Made by a program: the position numbers and the translations under genes
DNA from: Candidatus Hermodarchaeota archaeon
Lineage (GTDB): Archaea > Asgardarchaeota > Hermodarchaeia > Hermodarchaeales > Hermodarchaeaceae
Direction of reading: 5' to 3'
Length of the DNA stretch: 64,000 bases
Assembly (NCBI GenBank): GCA_016839805.1
Contig: JAEOTO010000031.1
Span: forward strand, 128,001-192,000
The notes under the pieces: model-generated
What the model was told of the DNA's origin: nothing
Database searches by the model: none
Seen by the model: only the letters and a program-made list of their open reading frames with translations
Part shown: positions 1 through 10,455 of the stretch, piece after piece
Numbering within the stretch: the stretch's first letter is position 1
Layout of the letters: every line of letters starts with the position of its first letter

Positions 1-225
1 GGGTGGAGAAGTTCGAGATAAAATGAGAAGACTATACAAAAGGAGAGCTATGAAAATAAGCGCCGAAATCAAAGGAAAGACTATTTTCATAAAAGGGAGG
101 TTCCAGATTGGAAAATTAGGAGGCCAAAATGGGGCGGTCCAACCTAATACAAAAAGGATTGATCCAATCACAAGCAGAATAGTCGCAAAAGCCCATGCGG
201 TTCGATTTGATAAATCAGAGAGCAT
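1..225 (-). CDS. Membrane protein, 5' part only (runs off window edge)
   Basis: Manual translation from ATG at 225: MLSDLSNRTAWAFATILLVIGSILFVLGW...ISALIFIALLLYSLLIL, two hydrophobic helices, open to position 1; not in ORF track. Confidence 0.7.
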   Translation of the reverse strand, partial: MLSDLSNRTAWAFATILLVIGSILFVLGWTAPFWPPNFPIWNLPFMKIVFPLISALIFIALLLYSLLILSRTSPP

Positions 226-296
226 TAGTAAGTCACTCAGCCCGAGTAACAATTGATGATTTATGTTAGTATTAATCCCTTCATAGGCTTTATGCC

Positions 297-3161
297 TTAA
301 CTCTGATTCTTTGTTACTTTTGCTGGATTTTCTACCTCTGGAGTTTCTATTGATGCTTGATGAGATTGATAACGCAAAACGAGTTTAAACACCTCCACGA
401 CGACAAAAACCGATAGCGAAAGTAGAATCACAATTAGCCAATCTTGTGGGAGCAATGGTACAGTAGCGAAAACGGTTGATAAGGGTGGAAAGTAAAGAAT
501 GAATAGATGAAGACTAATGGAAATGCATATCGCAAGGAGGAGCAATCGGTTTTTCAGGAAACCAACTTGGAAAAGAGATAGATGCCCAGACCGTGAATTG
601 AGAGCATTCACCATTTGAGTCATGACGAGCACCGTAAAAGCGAGAGTCCCAGCTCGAAGCCATGCAACTTCTACGGGTAAGCCAGGACCCCCGAGTGCAA
701 TGGGTGTTGTTAGCCAAGTCATTTCATATGTATAGATGCCAAGTGTCACTAACCCGATGGTTATTCCGACGATCAATATCAGAATCCAGACACGTTGCGT
801 TATCACTCCTTCCTTGGGATCTCTAGGTCCCCGTTCCATCACATCGGGTTCCATGGGATCCATCCCAAGGGCTAAAGCTGGTAAACCATCCGTGACCAAA
901 TTGACGAATAAGATTTGAATTGCAAGAAGTGGGAGAGGCCAACGAAAAATAACTGAGAGCGTGATGCTAGCTAAAAAGATGACCAGAATTTCACCCGCAT
1001 TACATGAGAGAAGATAGGAAATAAACTTCCGAGTGTTATCTCCAATACCCCGCCCCTCTTCAATCGCATTAACGATAGAAGCATAATTATCATCGACCAG
1101 AATCATATCTGCTGCTTCTTTGGCAACATCTGTCCCAGTAACACCCATCGCGATACCGATATCAGCATACTTGAGGGCAGGAGCATCATTAACACCATCA
1201 CCGGTCATTGCAGTGACGTGTCCTCTATTCTTTAAGGCTTGGACAATCCGTAATTTGTGTTCGGGTGAGACCCTCGCATACACTCGGACTTGTGGAGCTG
1301 CATCTGTGAGATCCTCATCAGATAGGGCATCGAGAGCCTTACCAGTTAAGACCGCATCATCTGGTTCTAACATACCTAGCTCATTGGCGATAGCGACAGC
1401 AGTATATTGGTTATCTCCTGTTATCATGACCGATTTGATACCCGCTTTACGGGCAGTCTTTATTGCATCAAACACTTCGGGTCGTGGGGGATCCATCATT
1501 CCCACTAATCCGACAAAGACCAGTTCTTCTTCTACTCCTTCAGGAGAAATATCACAAAGTTCTTCAGGGCAAATTCGGTAAGCCATGCCTAACACACGAA
1601 GTGCTTTATTAGCCATTTTATCATTACTGCCCAGAATGAGGGCTCGATCCTCTTGACTCAGTGGACGTATCCCATTGCCAGTGTAAATGTGAGTACTCTT
1701 TTCAAGCACAACCTCTGGAGCACCCTTGATATATGCAATCGTTTCTTGTTCAGGTGAGTCATGCAATGTGGACATCCGTTTTCGCTCAGGATCAAAAGGC
1801 AGTTCAGCAATTCGCTCATAATTTCGTAGAACTTGATCCGACAGACCTGCTTTGTGTGCAGCAACTATTAAAGCGCCTTCAGTTGGATCACCCACAACTT
1901 CCCAAACGTTATTTTGTTGGCGAACAGTTGCATTGTTACATAGCCTTCCAATTCGCAAAAGCAGAGTCAGTTGTTGATTTTGTAAAGGATTAATCTTTGT
2001 GCCATTATGGAAAAATTCACCATTAGGAGAATACCCTGCACCTGTGACCAGAAAGCTTTGACTTGGCACGAAAAGTTCGCGAACCGTCATTTCATCCTTT
2101 GTGAGAGTTCCGGTTTTATCAGAGCAAATGACATCCGCAGATCCCAGTGTTTCCACAGCAGGCAGGCGTCGGATGATGGCATTTCGTTTTACCATGCGTT
2201 GAACACCTAATGCCAAAGTGATTGTAATAACTGCAGGTAGACCCTCGGGGATAGCTGCCACAGCAAGTGCTACAGCAATCACGAAAAGGTCTAGAAATGT
2301 TTCCAGTGTGAAGGGGGGGATAAGAAGATTTTCAACAACTTGGACGGTAAGGATTATCAAACAGATGATAAGAATTGCGATGCCCAATTGTTTGCCGAGG
2401 CGATGCATTCGTTTTTGTTGAGGTGTTTCTTTTTCGCCTGCTGTTTGGATCATTCCGGCGATGCGACCAATTTCAGTTTTCATGCCAGTTTGTGTTACAA
2501 CAGCTTGCCCTCGACCAGACGTAATGATTGTACCAGAATGCACCATGTTAGAACGGTCAGCTAAAGGGATATTGCGATCAAGAATAGCCTTGACTTCTTT
2601 TTTCACCGGCAAGGATTCGCCAGTGAGGGAGGCTTCATCTGTGTAGATGTTATGTGATTCAATGAGTCGAGCATCTGCAGGAAGCCTGTCACCCGTCTCT
2701 AGACGCAGAATATCACCAGGGACGATGTTAGAGGCGGGTTCGTCTACGGGTTCACCGTTGCGGAGTAGGTGTGCTCTTGGTGCCGCCATTTCTTTTAGTG
2801 CTTCAATAGATTTCTCGGCACGATATTCTTGAGTGAAACCCATTATTGCATTGATGATAACAATAACCATAATCACAATAGCATCGATAGCAGGTTCCAT
2901 AAACCAGAATGCAATTAACCCGGAAATGACTGCAGCAAAAATGAGTATAATCACAAGAATATCTTTGAATTGAGAAAGAAACATGGTCAAGGGTCCTGGT
3001 CCCTTCACCGTTTCAAGCTCGTTAAGCCCAAATTCGATTAAGCGCCGCTCAACCTCATCTTGACTTAACCCTTGGTCAGTAACCTGTAGCTGCTCCATGA
3101 CCACAGATGCATCCTGAGTATGAGGGAGGGGCGATTCCGTCGTCAAAGACACGTCCGTCAC
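297..3161 (-). CDS. P-type cation-transporting ATPase, type IIA (SERCA/Ca2+-like)
   Basis: TGES, PEGLP, DKTGTLT, KGAPE, TGDN, GDGVND motifs; M5 SCNAGE and M6 NLVTDGLPA. Confidence 0.95.
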   Translation of the reverse strand: MTDVSLTTESPLPHTQDASVVMEQLQVTDQGLSQDEVERRLIEFGLNELETVKGPGPLTMFLSQFKDILVIILIFAAVISGLIAFWFMEPAIDAIVIMVIVIINAIMGFTQEYRAEKSIEALKEMAAPRAHLLRNGEPVDEPASNIVPGDILRLETGDRLPADARLIESHNIYTDEASLTGESLPVKKEVKAILDRNIPLADRSNMVHSGTIITSGRGQAVVTQTGMKTEIGRIAGMIQTAGEKETPQQKRMHRLGKQLGIAILIICLIILTVQVVENLLIPPFTLETFLDLFVIAVALAVAAIPEGLPAVITITLALGVQRMVKRNAIIRRLPAVETLGSADVICSDKTGTLTKDEMTVRELFVPSQSFLVTGAGYSPNGEFFHNGTKINPLQNQQLTLLLRIGRLCNNATVRQQNNVWEVVGDPTEGALIVAAHKAGLSDQVLRNYERIAELPFDPERKRMSTLHDSPEQETIAYIKGAPEVVLEKSTHIYTGNGIRPLSQEDRALILGSNDKMANKALRVLGMAYRICPEELCDISPEGVEEELVFVGLVGMMDPPRPEVFDAIKTARKAGIKSVMITGDNQYTAVAIANELGMLEPDDAVLTGKALDALSDEDLTDAAPQVRVYARVSPEHKLRIVQALKNRGHVTAMTGDGVNDAPALKYADIGIAMGVTGTDVAKEAADMILVDDNYASIVNAIEEGRGIGDNTRKFISYLLSCNAGEILVIFLASITLSVIFRWPLPLLAIQILFVNLVTDGLPALALGMDPMEPDVMERGPRDPKEGVITQRVWILILIVGITIGLVTLGIYTYEMTWLTTPIALGGPGLPVEVAWLRAGTLAFTVLVMTQMVNALNSRSGHLSLFQVGFLKNRLLLLAICISISLHLFILYFPPLSTVFATVPLLPQDWLIVILLSLSVFVVVEVFKLVLRYQSHQASIETPEVENPAKVTKNQS

Positions 3162-3269
3162 TTAATATGCCATCAAAGATTTAACGCTTTTATATGAGGT
3201 TTTCAACGCGTCTCGTTTATTTATAATTGTGTGTTATACGCTACTATTGGTCAGTTTGTTGAACTGTGA

Positions 3270-3926
3270 CTATTCTTTGCCCGTCTCAGTTTTTTCTATC
3301 TTTGGAAAAAGTGTCTTAGCAATCTCGTTACGCTTCTGTTGTTCCACTTGGGCTAGAAGTGTTTCAACTCGATAATCCACAGTGATGTTCCCCTCTTTAT
3401 TTTGAATAAAAACTCCTCCAATCATTTCAAGGGGCTTCTTCCCAATCGAGACTTTAGCACTTTCCCCTGCAACTTTAGAGATAGCCGTAGCGAGCCCGGT
3501 GATTTTTGAGATTATCGCCTGATCCTCTTTACGAGCACTCACCACGACATCGCCACCACCAATTTGAATACTTGCACTGATAATTAAGTTCTTGAGGAAG
3601 ACTTTATACTGGGCTGTTCCTCGCTCCTTTTCGAAGCGTTTCCGGGCTTGTTCAATGGCGTCATTAATAATTCGAGCTTTAGCAGTAAGAATCTTCATGT
3701 GTGCATCATTGCGAGCTTTACCAATTATACGGTCACCGGAGGCTTGAGCCATTTGGCGACGTCGGTCCGCCCAGCCAGTAAGGTTAGTCTTTGCATTTTC
3801 TGTTGCCTCTTCAGTGAGTTGGCGTGCCGAAACCTCTGCTTCGGCAATCATTCGTTTTGCCTCAGCCTTGGCTTCATCCACGATGGTTTTTTGGATCACA
3901 TCTGCTGCTGTGGATGACGCACTCAC
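3270..3926 (-). CDS. atpE: A/V-type ATP synthase subunit E
   Basis: N-terminal coiled coil (EAKAEAKRMIAEAE), C-terminal IGGVFIQNKEGNITVDYR...EIAKTLF. Confidence 0.9.
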   Translation of the reverse strand: MSASSTAADVIQKTIVDEAKAEAKRMIAEAEVSARQLTEEATENAKTNLTGWADRRRQMAQASGDRIIGKARNDAHMKILTAKARIINDAIEQARKRFEKERGTAQYKVFLKNLIISASIQIGGGDVVVSARKEDQAIISKITGLATAISKVAGESAKVSIGKKPLEMIGGVFIQNKEGNITVDYRVETLLAQVEQQKRNEIAKTLFPKIEKTETGKE

Positions 3927-4249
3927 TTTCCTCCACCTCCAAAGGCATAGACACCCTTGATTATGATGTCGACTGTTTTTTTAATATTCTTTGTCCCTTG
4001 TTCTTCTAAAGATACAGCTTCTTCGTCAGCTTTTAAGAGAATCCGCTGGGATTTGTTTTTAGCTTTGCTTTCAACACTTTTTTGCAGCGCTTCAATCTCT
4101 TTAGTAAGCTGGGTGCGAACAATCTGTTCAATACCTCGAGCTTTCCGTTCAGCGTCCCGTTGAATTTCCTCAACCTGACTTTGGGCTTTTTCACGAATTT
4201 GTACCGCTTCAGCTTCAGCTTTTTCTACGCCTTCTAGAACCTCACTCAT
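3923..4249 (-). CDS. atpH: A/V-type ATP synthase peripheral stalk subunit H (G-like)
   Basis: ~108-aa all-helical protein (VEKAEAEAVQIREKA) overlapping atpE by 4 nt; alternative GTG start at 4258. Confidence 0.8.
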   Translation of the reverse strand: MSEVLEGVEKAEAEAVQIREKAQSQVEEIQRDAERKARGIEQIVRTQLTKEIEALQKSVESKAKNKSQRILLKADEEAVSLEEQGTKNIKKTVDIIIKGVYAFGGGGK

Positions 4250-4438
4250 CGTATACACCGAGAGGATTATATCGGTATTTGGTCGTTACTCGCTTCTGAA
4301 CATTGACCTTTCTTAATAAGCCTTATTATCAGTTGAATTTCGTAAGTAATAACAAATATTCCGAAACCTTAAGAATGAGCTCTATGCTACTATCGACTTC
4401 GAGCAGAGAAATATTTTCAATGCCATTTGGTGATTGTA

Positions 4439-4666
4439 ATGAGCGATGAACCACCGGTCTCAATGGGAAAAGCCTTCCGTTACACTACCATCGCTTGTGA
4501 AATCCTTATCTTCGCCCTTGTTGGCTGGATCATTGGACCGTATATTTGGGGACCGGGTGGCGAATATATTGGGGCCCTGATTGGTGCATTAATCGGGACG
4601 TTTATGATGTTTATCACTCTGTTTTACATAGCAGGGCTCTTTGGTCGAAGTAAAAAAATGGAGTAA
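4439..4666 (+). CDS. Small 2-TM protein, AtpZ/ATPase gene-1-like
   Basis: 75 aa, two TM helices with GWIIG and GALIGALIG; GGTGA RBS; directly upstream of subunit C. Confidence 0.55.
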   Translation: MSDEPPVSMGKAFRYTTIACEILIFALVGWIIGPYIWGPGGEYIGALIGALIGTFMMFITLFYIAGLFGRSKKME

Positions 4667-4709
4667 TAAGAAGAAGGCTTATCATGGAGAAAGAAAAAGG
4701 TAAGGAATA

Positions 4710-5759
4710 ATGTCTGTCGCACGGTACAGTTTCATCAATGCGAAAATACGAGGATACAAAGCTGATATGCTCACAACAGAGCATTGGGATGCCCTTCTTG
4801 GCGCCCGAGACATGTATGCGGCACTCCGAGTACTAGATGCCACTAGTTACTCTGAAATTACACAAGACTTTGATGAAACCGCCTCCCCCCTAGAAGTCGA
4901 ACAAAGCCTAAAACTAGACTTCAACCGTGTACTTACAGAAATCACAAATGACGTCCCCAAAGCCATGCAAACCATAATGAATTGGATAACCCGCAAATTC
5001 CAACGCGAAGTTGTCAAACCCTTACTCCGCCTTTATGAAACAGAAAAAGATCCGAGTTTGATTGAACGCCTCATTGTCCCCATTGCCCCCTTTACCACTG
5101 AAGTTCTTCTCAACCTGATAAATGCTAAGGATATCAACGACCTTGTAGCAAATTTACCTGACCCATATTTCAAACGTCTAATCGAAGAGCTCTTACCACA
5201 ATATGAGGAAACCGGACGCCTAGTGATAGTTGAACAGGCCATTGACGCCGCGATTCTCGAAAACCTCTACAAAGAAGCCAATAAACTGAAAGGGCTAGAT
5301 AAGGAAGTAACATCGAAACTGGCCGGCGTAGAAATCGATCTCATTAACTTCATGACCACCCTTCGCACACATTTTCTAGGCATAGAATCACCAAAAGCAG
5401 AGCAACTACTACTCCAAGTCGAATACCGACTCCCCCTTACACTCTGCCGAGAAGCCCTTCACGCTCGAACCTTTGAGGAGCGGGTTCGAAAACTCCAAGA
5501 AAGTTCATATGGTCCCCTGATTTCACAAAGTTGGGAAGCCTACGAACTTTATCAAAACGTATACACCTTCGAGAAGGTCTTTCATGAACAAATCCGCCGA
5601 GACAGCGTGGATGCCTTATTAGGATATCCATTTCACTTTGGCATTGTCTTAGGATACCTTAATCTGAAATGGTATGAAATCCTCAATCTCAAAGCTCTCA
5701 TGAATGGCAAAGCGGATCAACTAGACCCTAATCTCATTCGTCGTGTTCTAATTTTATAA
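4710..5759 (+). CDS. atpC: A/V-type ATP synthase subunit C (d/AC39)
   Basis: YSFINAKIRG start, EIDLINF..LR, GYLNLKWYEILNLK end; 349 aa. Confidence 0.92.
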   Translation: MSVARYSFINAKIRGYKADMLTTEHWDALLGARDMYAALRVLDATSYSEITQDFDETASPLEVEQSLKLDFNRVLTEITNDVPKAMQTIMNWITRKFQREVVKPLLRLYETEKDPSLIERLIVPIAPFTTEVLLNLINAKDINDLVANLPDPYFKRLIEELLPQYEETGRLVIVEQAIDAAILENLYKEANKLKGLDKEVTSKLAGVEIDLINFMTTLRTHFLGIESPKAEQLLLQVEYRLPLTLCREALHARTFEERVRKLQESSYGPLISQSWEAYELYQNVYTFEKVFHEQIRRDSVDALLGYPFHFGIVLGYLNLKWYEILNLKALMNGKADQLDPNLIRRVLIL

Positions 5760-5779
5760 TATTTGATAGCAGGTGCTTA

Positions 5780-6154
5780 GTGTTGAAACAAAAGATCATT
5801 CTATTTGATGAAAATCTAAGTATCTCTTCGAAAACCTTGAGTGGACAACTTTATCAGCTCCTCGAATCCGAAGGATGGACTTGTCACTCCGTTCACGAGT
5901 TCCCTGATCTCGTAGGCCATCCCGACGAGGAAATCATTGCGTATGCTAAGAAGCAAAGATGGGCTCTCTTAACCCTTGATAAACGCATGGCTTATCTTGC
6001 CGTGAAAGAAGGCATCAGCATCTATTTGATTCTTCATGAAAAACGTGGTGACGAGGAAGAAGAAGTCGAAGAATACACCGTCGTCCACCTCGAACCCTTT
6101 GCAACCGTCGAAGCCCGAAAAAGCTTCGATGCACGGATAGCCAAAGATAATTAA
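5780..6154 (+). CDS. PIN-like domain protein (DUF5615/Mut7-C type)
   Basis: ILFDENL ... PDEEIIAYAK...LLTLDK motif pattern. Confidence 0.75.
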   Translation: MLKQKIILFDENLSISSKTLSGQLYQLLESEGWTCHSVHEFPDLVGHPDEEIIAYAKKQRWALLTLDKRMAYLAVKEGISIYLILHEKRGDEEEEVEEYTVVHLEPFATVEARKSFDARIAKDN

Positions 6155-6173
6155 TAAGAAACCAGCAAAAATC

Positions 6174-6536
6174 CTAGATAAGTCTCCGTCCCTTGACTTT
6201 TCCGATGAACTTCTCGTAATCCCGTTTACTACAGATATAGAGATAATTTTTCCTATCGCCTGTTTCATTTTCTAAGGTCAAATAGAGAGACGTATCCCCT
6301 CCATCCCATCTTTCATAACTATAACCCATGAGGTGATCCACGGAAAATGCATGCAATCGCTTTTTTTCTTTCCTAATCATCCCCTTGACTTCCAGAAACA
6401 CAAATTCTTTCTCCGTCAGAACTAGTTCTCCAGGAGTTTGCTCTATCGGGATTAACCCGCTTTCGTCACGAACCTCATAAGTAACCTTAATGGAAATGAT
6501 GACACTTGCCCCAGCAAATAATTCATTCTTCGTCAT
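6174..6536 (-). CDS. Hypothetical protein, possible PH/GRAM-like fold
   Basis: GELVLTEKEFVF beta motif, beta-rich core, C-terminal helix. Confidence 0.55.
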   Translation of the reverse strand: MTKNELFAGASVIISIKVTYEVRDESGLIPIEQTPGELVLTEKEFVFLEVKGMIRKEKKRLHAFSVDHLMGYSYERWDGGDTSLYLTLENETGDRKNYLYICSKRDYEKFIGKVKGRRLI

Positions 6537-6660
6537 CAGTGTTCACCCAAAAGTAACATTACCATACTAAGATATTGTTCTTAAGGATTCGCACCGACAA
6601 ACCAACCAGAAGATCTTATAGAAAGGGTACACGGATATCTGCATTCATGCTTGGTCGTCA

Positions 6661-7707
6661 TTACACGATAAGAGCATCCTTGATAGCGTATAGGATTTGG
6701 TGATAAATCGCTTCAGCGTTTTCCGACGATTTCACCCCTTTAATCAAGATATTGCCTTCCCCGACGATGCTCACATCCACACCCGTCCCATATTGGATCT
6801 GAACACCTAGCTCACTCTGAGCGATAATCGGATAATGATCATGAAGAAGTTCGGACGCCCGAATGAGATCAATGGGAACGGGATTGTTCGAATGCACCAG
6901 AAACGTCTCCTCGGTGCACAACTCAGTGATTTCTATTGCTGAATCAATAACAGGTTTGCTGATTTGTGCATCGCGACCACACACGGAGCAGGCATCATGT
7001 GCCTGAATCGGTATCTGATCCAACTGAAATCGACTGATATCAAACATGAGTAGTTGATTAGCCAGCAGTGGAGAGCGCCCCAGAATAATTCGGATGGCTT
7101 CTTGCACTTGAAAATTCGCAATCACACCCAAGACCGTTGGGTAAATGCCCACTGTAGCACACGTTGGTTGATCCACGGTTACTCCACTAAAAATACATTC
7201 CAAGCACGCGGTTTTTCCTGGTAGAATAGTGGTCATATTTCCAATAGCAGAAAGCGCCCCCGCAAACACATATGGAACTTTCTGACGTACACAGGCTCGA
7301 TTAATGGCAAATCGGGGTTTAAAGCTGTCCAACCCATCAATCACAACTGTTATTCCTGCCACCACCCGGTCAGCAGTTGCTTCAGTTACAGAAAGTGCCA
7401 ACGGTTCGACGACGACATCATCATTAATCTGATGCAACCGGTTCATTGCCACCTCAACTTTCGGCATTCCAATATCTTTGTCTGTGTACAACAATTGCCG
7501 CTGAAGATTCGATAACTCCACAACATCACGATCCACAATCCGCAACGACCCCACGCCTAACGACGCAAGCTGCCTCGCAGAGACACTCCCTAACCCACCA
7601 ATCCCCACCACTGCAACCCTCGCTTCACGCAAACGACGCAACCCAGACTCGCCGATACCCTCTAACACTCGAAACCGACTATACCGATCTTCAGTCATTC
7701 TGGGCAC
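6661..7707 (-). CDS. moeB: ThiF/MoeB/HesA family adenylyltransferase (E1-like)
   Basis: RYSR, GIGGLG, DRDVVELSNLQRQ, CLEC and CSVC Zn pairs, PTCATVG catalytic Cys. Confidence 0.9.
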   Translation of the reverse strand: MPRMTEDRYSRFRVLEGIGESGLRRLREARVAVVGIGGLGSVSARQLASLGVGSLRIVDRDVVELSNLQRQLLYTDKDIGMPKVEVAMNRLHQINDDVVVEPLALSVTEATADRVVAGITVVIDGLDSFKPRFAINRACVRQKVPYVFAGALSAIGNMTTILPGKTACLECIFSGVTVDQPTCATVGIYPTVLGVIANFQVQEAIRIILGRSPLLANQLLMFDISRFQLDQIPIQAHDACSVCGRDAQISKPVIDSAIEITELCTEETFLVHSNNPVPIDLIRASELLHDHYPIIAQSELGVQIQYGTGVDVSIVGEGNILIKGVKSSENAEAIYHQILYAIKDALIV

Positions 7708-7844
7708 CTCTTAGACTCTCTTCAATACTTAATTGGACGATTCTTTGGTCTTTCGAAAAAACTAGCAAACGTTAAGTTATTCTGATTTTAGAAATCGCGT
7801 GAAAGCGCAGAACCCAAAAACCCTGGAAACATATAACCCATAGA

Positions 7845-8888
7845 ATGAAATGTCCACTCAAGACCCAAGGGCTTGAACGCGGAGCCTGCCAGACAAAAAC
7901 CCACGATGGCAAGTTACTACCTGCTTGTCAGGTAACCCTCCGAAAGAACAAAAACGGTATATTTGAACGACTCATACGATCTATGCATCTCAGTCGACCA
8001 GAGGATTATTTTTCAGTATACCAGAGCGGATGCAACCACACTTGTTTGAAATGCCATTCCGCTGAGTTCAGTAAAACAACGAATGGCCAGTGGATATCCA
8101 CATCCGAGCTAGCCCTCATTGCTAAAGACTATCGACAAGAGGTTACCCTTTGGGAACCACGGCATCGGGCGACCATGTGGCACGCTGGAACCCTTTGCAA
8201 GCATTGCGGATCCTGCCGTCTTACCGGTCTCCAATCACCGCGATGTCCACAGAAACTCGACCCAACGCAAGTCGCATTATCAGTTCAAGGTTACGGTCCC
8301 GCTCGCAACATCATTGCCTTTACCGGTGGCGACCTAGGTTGCCGTCCTGAATACTACGCTGAAGCTGCCCACGCCATCAAAGAAACAGCAGGACAAAACA
8401 TGTGGGTGCTCTTTGAAACCAACGGATACGCCCTAACTAAAGACAATTTGGACATCCTCAAAGAAGGTAGCGTGGATGCCTTCTGGCTCGACATCAAAGC
8501 CCACGACCCCAAGATCTACAAGCAACTCTGTGGAACCTCAAACCAAACCGTCTTAGAATCCGTATCACTCAGCCACGACGCAGGATTCGTGCTAGAAATC
8601 CTCACCCTCTACATCCCCGGATGGGTGGAAACCGACCAACACACCGCCATAGCCCAACTCATCGCCGAAACCGACCCAACCATACCAACGACTCTACTCG
8701 CCTTCTTCCCCACCTACAAACTCTCCCAAACACGACCACCCACCCTACAAGAAATGATCCAAAGCGCCCAAGCCATGCAACAACAAGGCCTCACCAATCT
8801 ACGTCTAGGCAATATCGGCGTATTTGTGCACCGTCAACAAGACTATGACACATTATGCTCAGAGCTAAACGATATCAACATCGGATAA
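7845..8888 (+). CDS. Radical SAM protein (PFL-activating-enzyme-like)
   Basis: CNHTCLKC (CxxxCxxC), FTGGD, ETNG, DIKA; extra CKHCGSC insert. Confidence 0.88.
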   Translation: MKCPLKTQGLERGACQTKTHDGKLLPACQVTLRKNKNGIFERLIRSMHLSRPEDYFSVYQSGCNHTCLKCHSAEFSKTTNGQWISTSELALIAKDYRQEVTLWEPRHRATMWHAGTLCKHCGSCRLTGLQSPRCPQKLDPTQVALSVQGYGPARNIIAFTGGDLGCRPEYYAEAAHAIKETAGQNMWVLFETNGYALTKDNLDILKEGSVDAFWLDIKAHDPKIYKQLCGTSNQTVLESVSLSHDAGFVLEILTLYIPGWVETDQHTAIAQLIAETDPTIPTTLLAFFPTYKLSQTRPPTLQEMIQSAQAMQQQGLTNLRLGNIGVFVHRQQDYDTLCSELNDINIG

Positions 8889-8934
8889 AGAGACTGCAGC
8901 TGAAAACAACGAAACTACCATAGATAGACAGCTA

Positions 8935-9426
8935 TCATGATTGGAGATCAGCGTACATCTTCCGTGCATAGAAAATTTGACCAATATGTAAGGAAGAATG
9001 TTCAATGACATGAAAAAGGCACCAATACACGGAGGCCTGCTTTTCGCACTGACTGAGTTGTGACCAATAACTTCTCATCTCATCCAATTCAGTATCTGTC
9101 AGCCTTTCCAAAATCAGGTTAGTCAGTTTTCTCACTTGAGATAGTTCCTTTCGAAGGTCGGATGTATCAAAATCCTTAACTTCAAATTCAGCACTTCTCA
9201 CGCGGTCAGTCACCTTGCCACCCACAACATGATGAATCCAAAAGGCTTGAGAACCGATAATATGCTTGAGAAGATTACCGATAGAATTACTGCTATGCGA
9301 AGGCCGCCAATTCAGCTCCACATTCTCCAAACCATCAATTGCACGTTCCAACCCAGTATGTACTTCCTCAAGAAACTGGGAAAACCGCTTAACTTCCCTT
9401 CTTATTGCTGAAGCTGACCTAGGCAT
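8935..9426 (-). CDS. DinB/DUF664 family protein
   Basis: NSIGNLLKHIIGS..FW and HVIEHSSLHIGQI His motifs. Confidence 0.85.
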   Translation of the reverse strand: MPRSASAIRREVKRFSQFLEEVHTGLERAIDGLENVELNWRPSHSSNSIGNLLKHIIGSQAFWIHHVVGGKVTDRVRSAEFEVKDFDTSDLRKELSQVRKLTNLILERLTDTELDEMRSYWSQLSQCEKQASVYWCLFHVIEHSSLHIGQIFYARKMYADLQS

Positions 9427-9473
9427 GACACATCCTCCTCTGACCCTTATCCAATCACTCCTCTTAAAAAGAA

Positions 9474-9884
9474 TCAGAATCCGATGAAATTCCCTGGAAT
9501 GTACAAAAGACAGCTAAGTACTTGATAATTCGTACTAATACTCGGGTTTCTACCTTGCCAGTTCCCTTCACCAGACCGTTGGAGGTAGCGAACAGCCAGC
9601 GCGGCGCTTAAGAGATCCATCGTCTCTAATGAGTCGAGACCAGCCCGCTGTGCAGCTTCTCCAACTGCTCGGGTGATGCGGACATCGTTCCTTTGGAGGC
9701 TAATATCCTGCCATATCGTATCGGGTTTACATGTGTGCGCTGCGACGAATGTTTCGAAGGACTCGGTTATCACATGCTGTTCGTACAGTTTAATTTTGAC
9801 ACTTGCTTTACCGGACTGTAATCCCATGTTGCGACTAGCTTTGATGTTGAATCGGTCGTAATTTCCAGATATAAAAAAATCCAT
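9474..9884 (-). pseudogene. Possible degenerate tyrosine recombinase fragment
   Basis: ITRAVGEAAQRAGL followed by a decayed box-II-like stretch (MDLLSAALAVRYL); catalytic HxxR not intact. Confidence 0.3.
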
Positions 9885-9988
9885 CCGGACGAACCTTACA
9901 CCGTATTCCTACATGTAAATGAATACACCAAAAAACTCGTGGACTTTTGGTGCGAAAAAAATGGAAGCTGGGACCCTAACCGGATCCC

Positions 9989-10129
9989 TTACACAATTTT
10001 TTGTCGAATCTGCTTTACTTCATCAAGGATTTGTCCAAGAACTTTCGAGAGATCGCCCAAACTGGTTATGGTATCGAAAGCGAAATTCTTGATGATCTCA
10101 ACTAACTCTGATTCTTTTTCTAATGTCAT
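9989..10129 (-). CDS. Small 46-aa amphipathic helical protein
   Basis: MTLEKESELVEIIKNFAFDTITSLGDLSKVLGQILDEVKQIRQKIV; GGAGAAGGAGTGA RBS-like sequence upstream; below ORF track cutoff. Confidence 0.55.
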   Translation of the reverse strand: MTLEKESELVEIIKNFAFDTITSLGDLSKVLGQILDEVKQIRQKIV

Positions 10130-10455
10130 TCACTCCTTCTCCGTAATGGTTAATCCGCTGTACAATCATATCAATTTCATTGTATTAATTTCTTGTGAAA
10201 CTTGGATCCTTAATAAAAAAGGTTGGAGTGCTTAAAGCCCGTATATCGGCTGTCATTTTTACATTATGGTCCTTTAACAGCTCAGAATATTCATTTGGAA
10301 AGGGCAAACGTCCAACTCGAACGAATTGTATTGAAAGATGTGAGCATCTCTTTGAGTTCTTGCCAGACATCGGGGCCTGGTTTGTTAAGGAATTATTTAA
10401 ACTCCGTAGACACGGTGCAAGAAGAAAGAAAGCTTAAGGCAGAGTAAGGGAAGTT

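Noticed and set aside
23-256. Plus-strand 77-aa ORF
   Set aside because: The minus-strand frame (ATG 225) encodes a more convincing membrane protein co-oriented with the upstream ATPase
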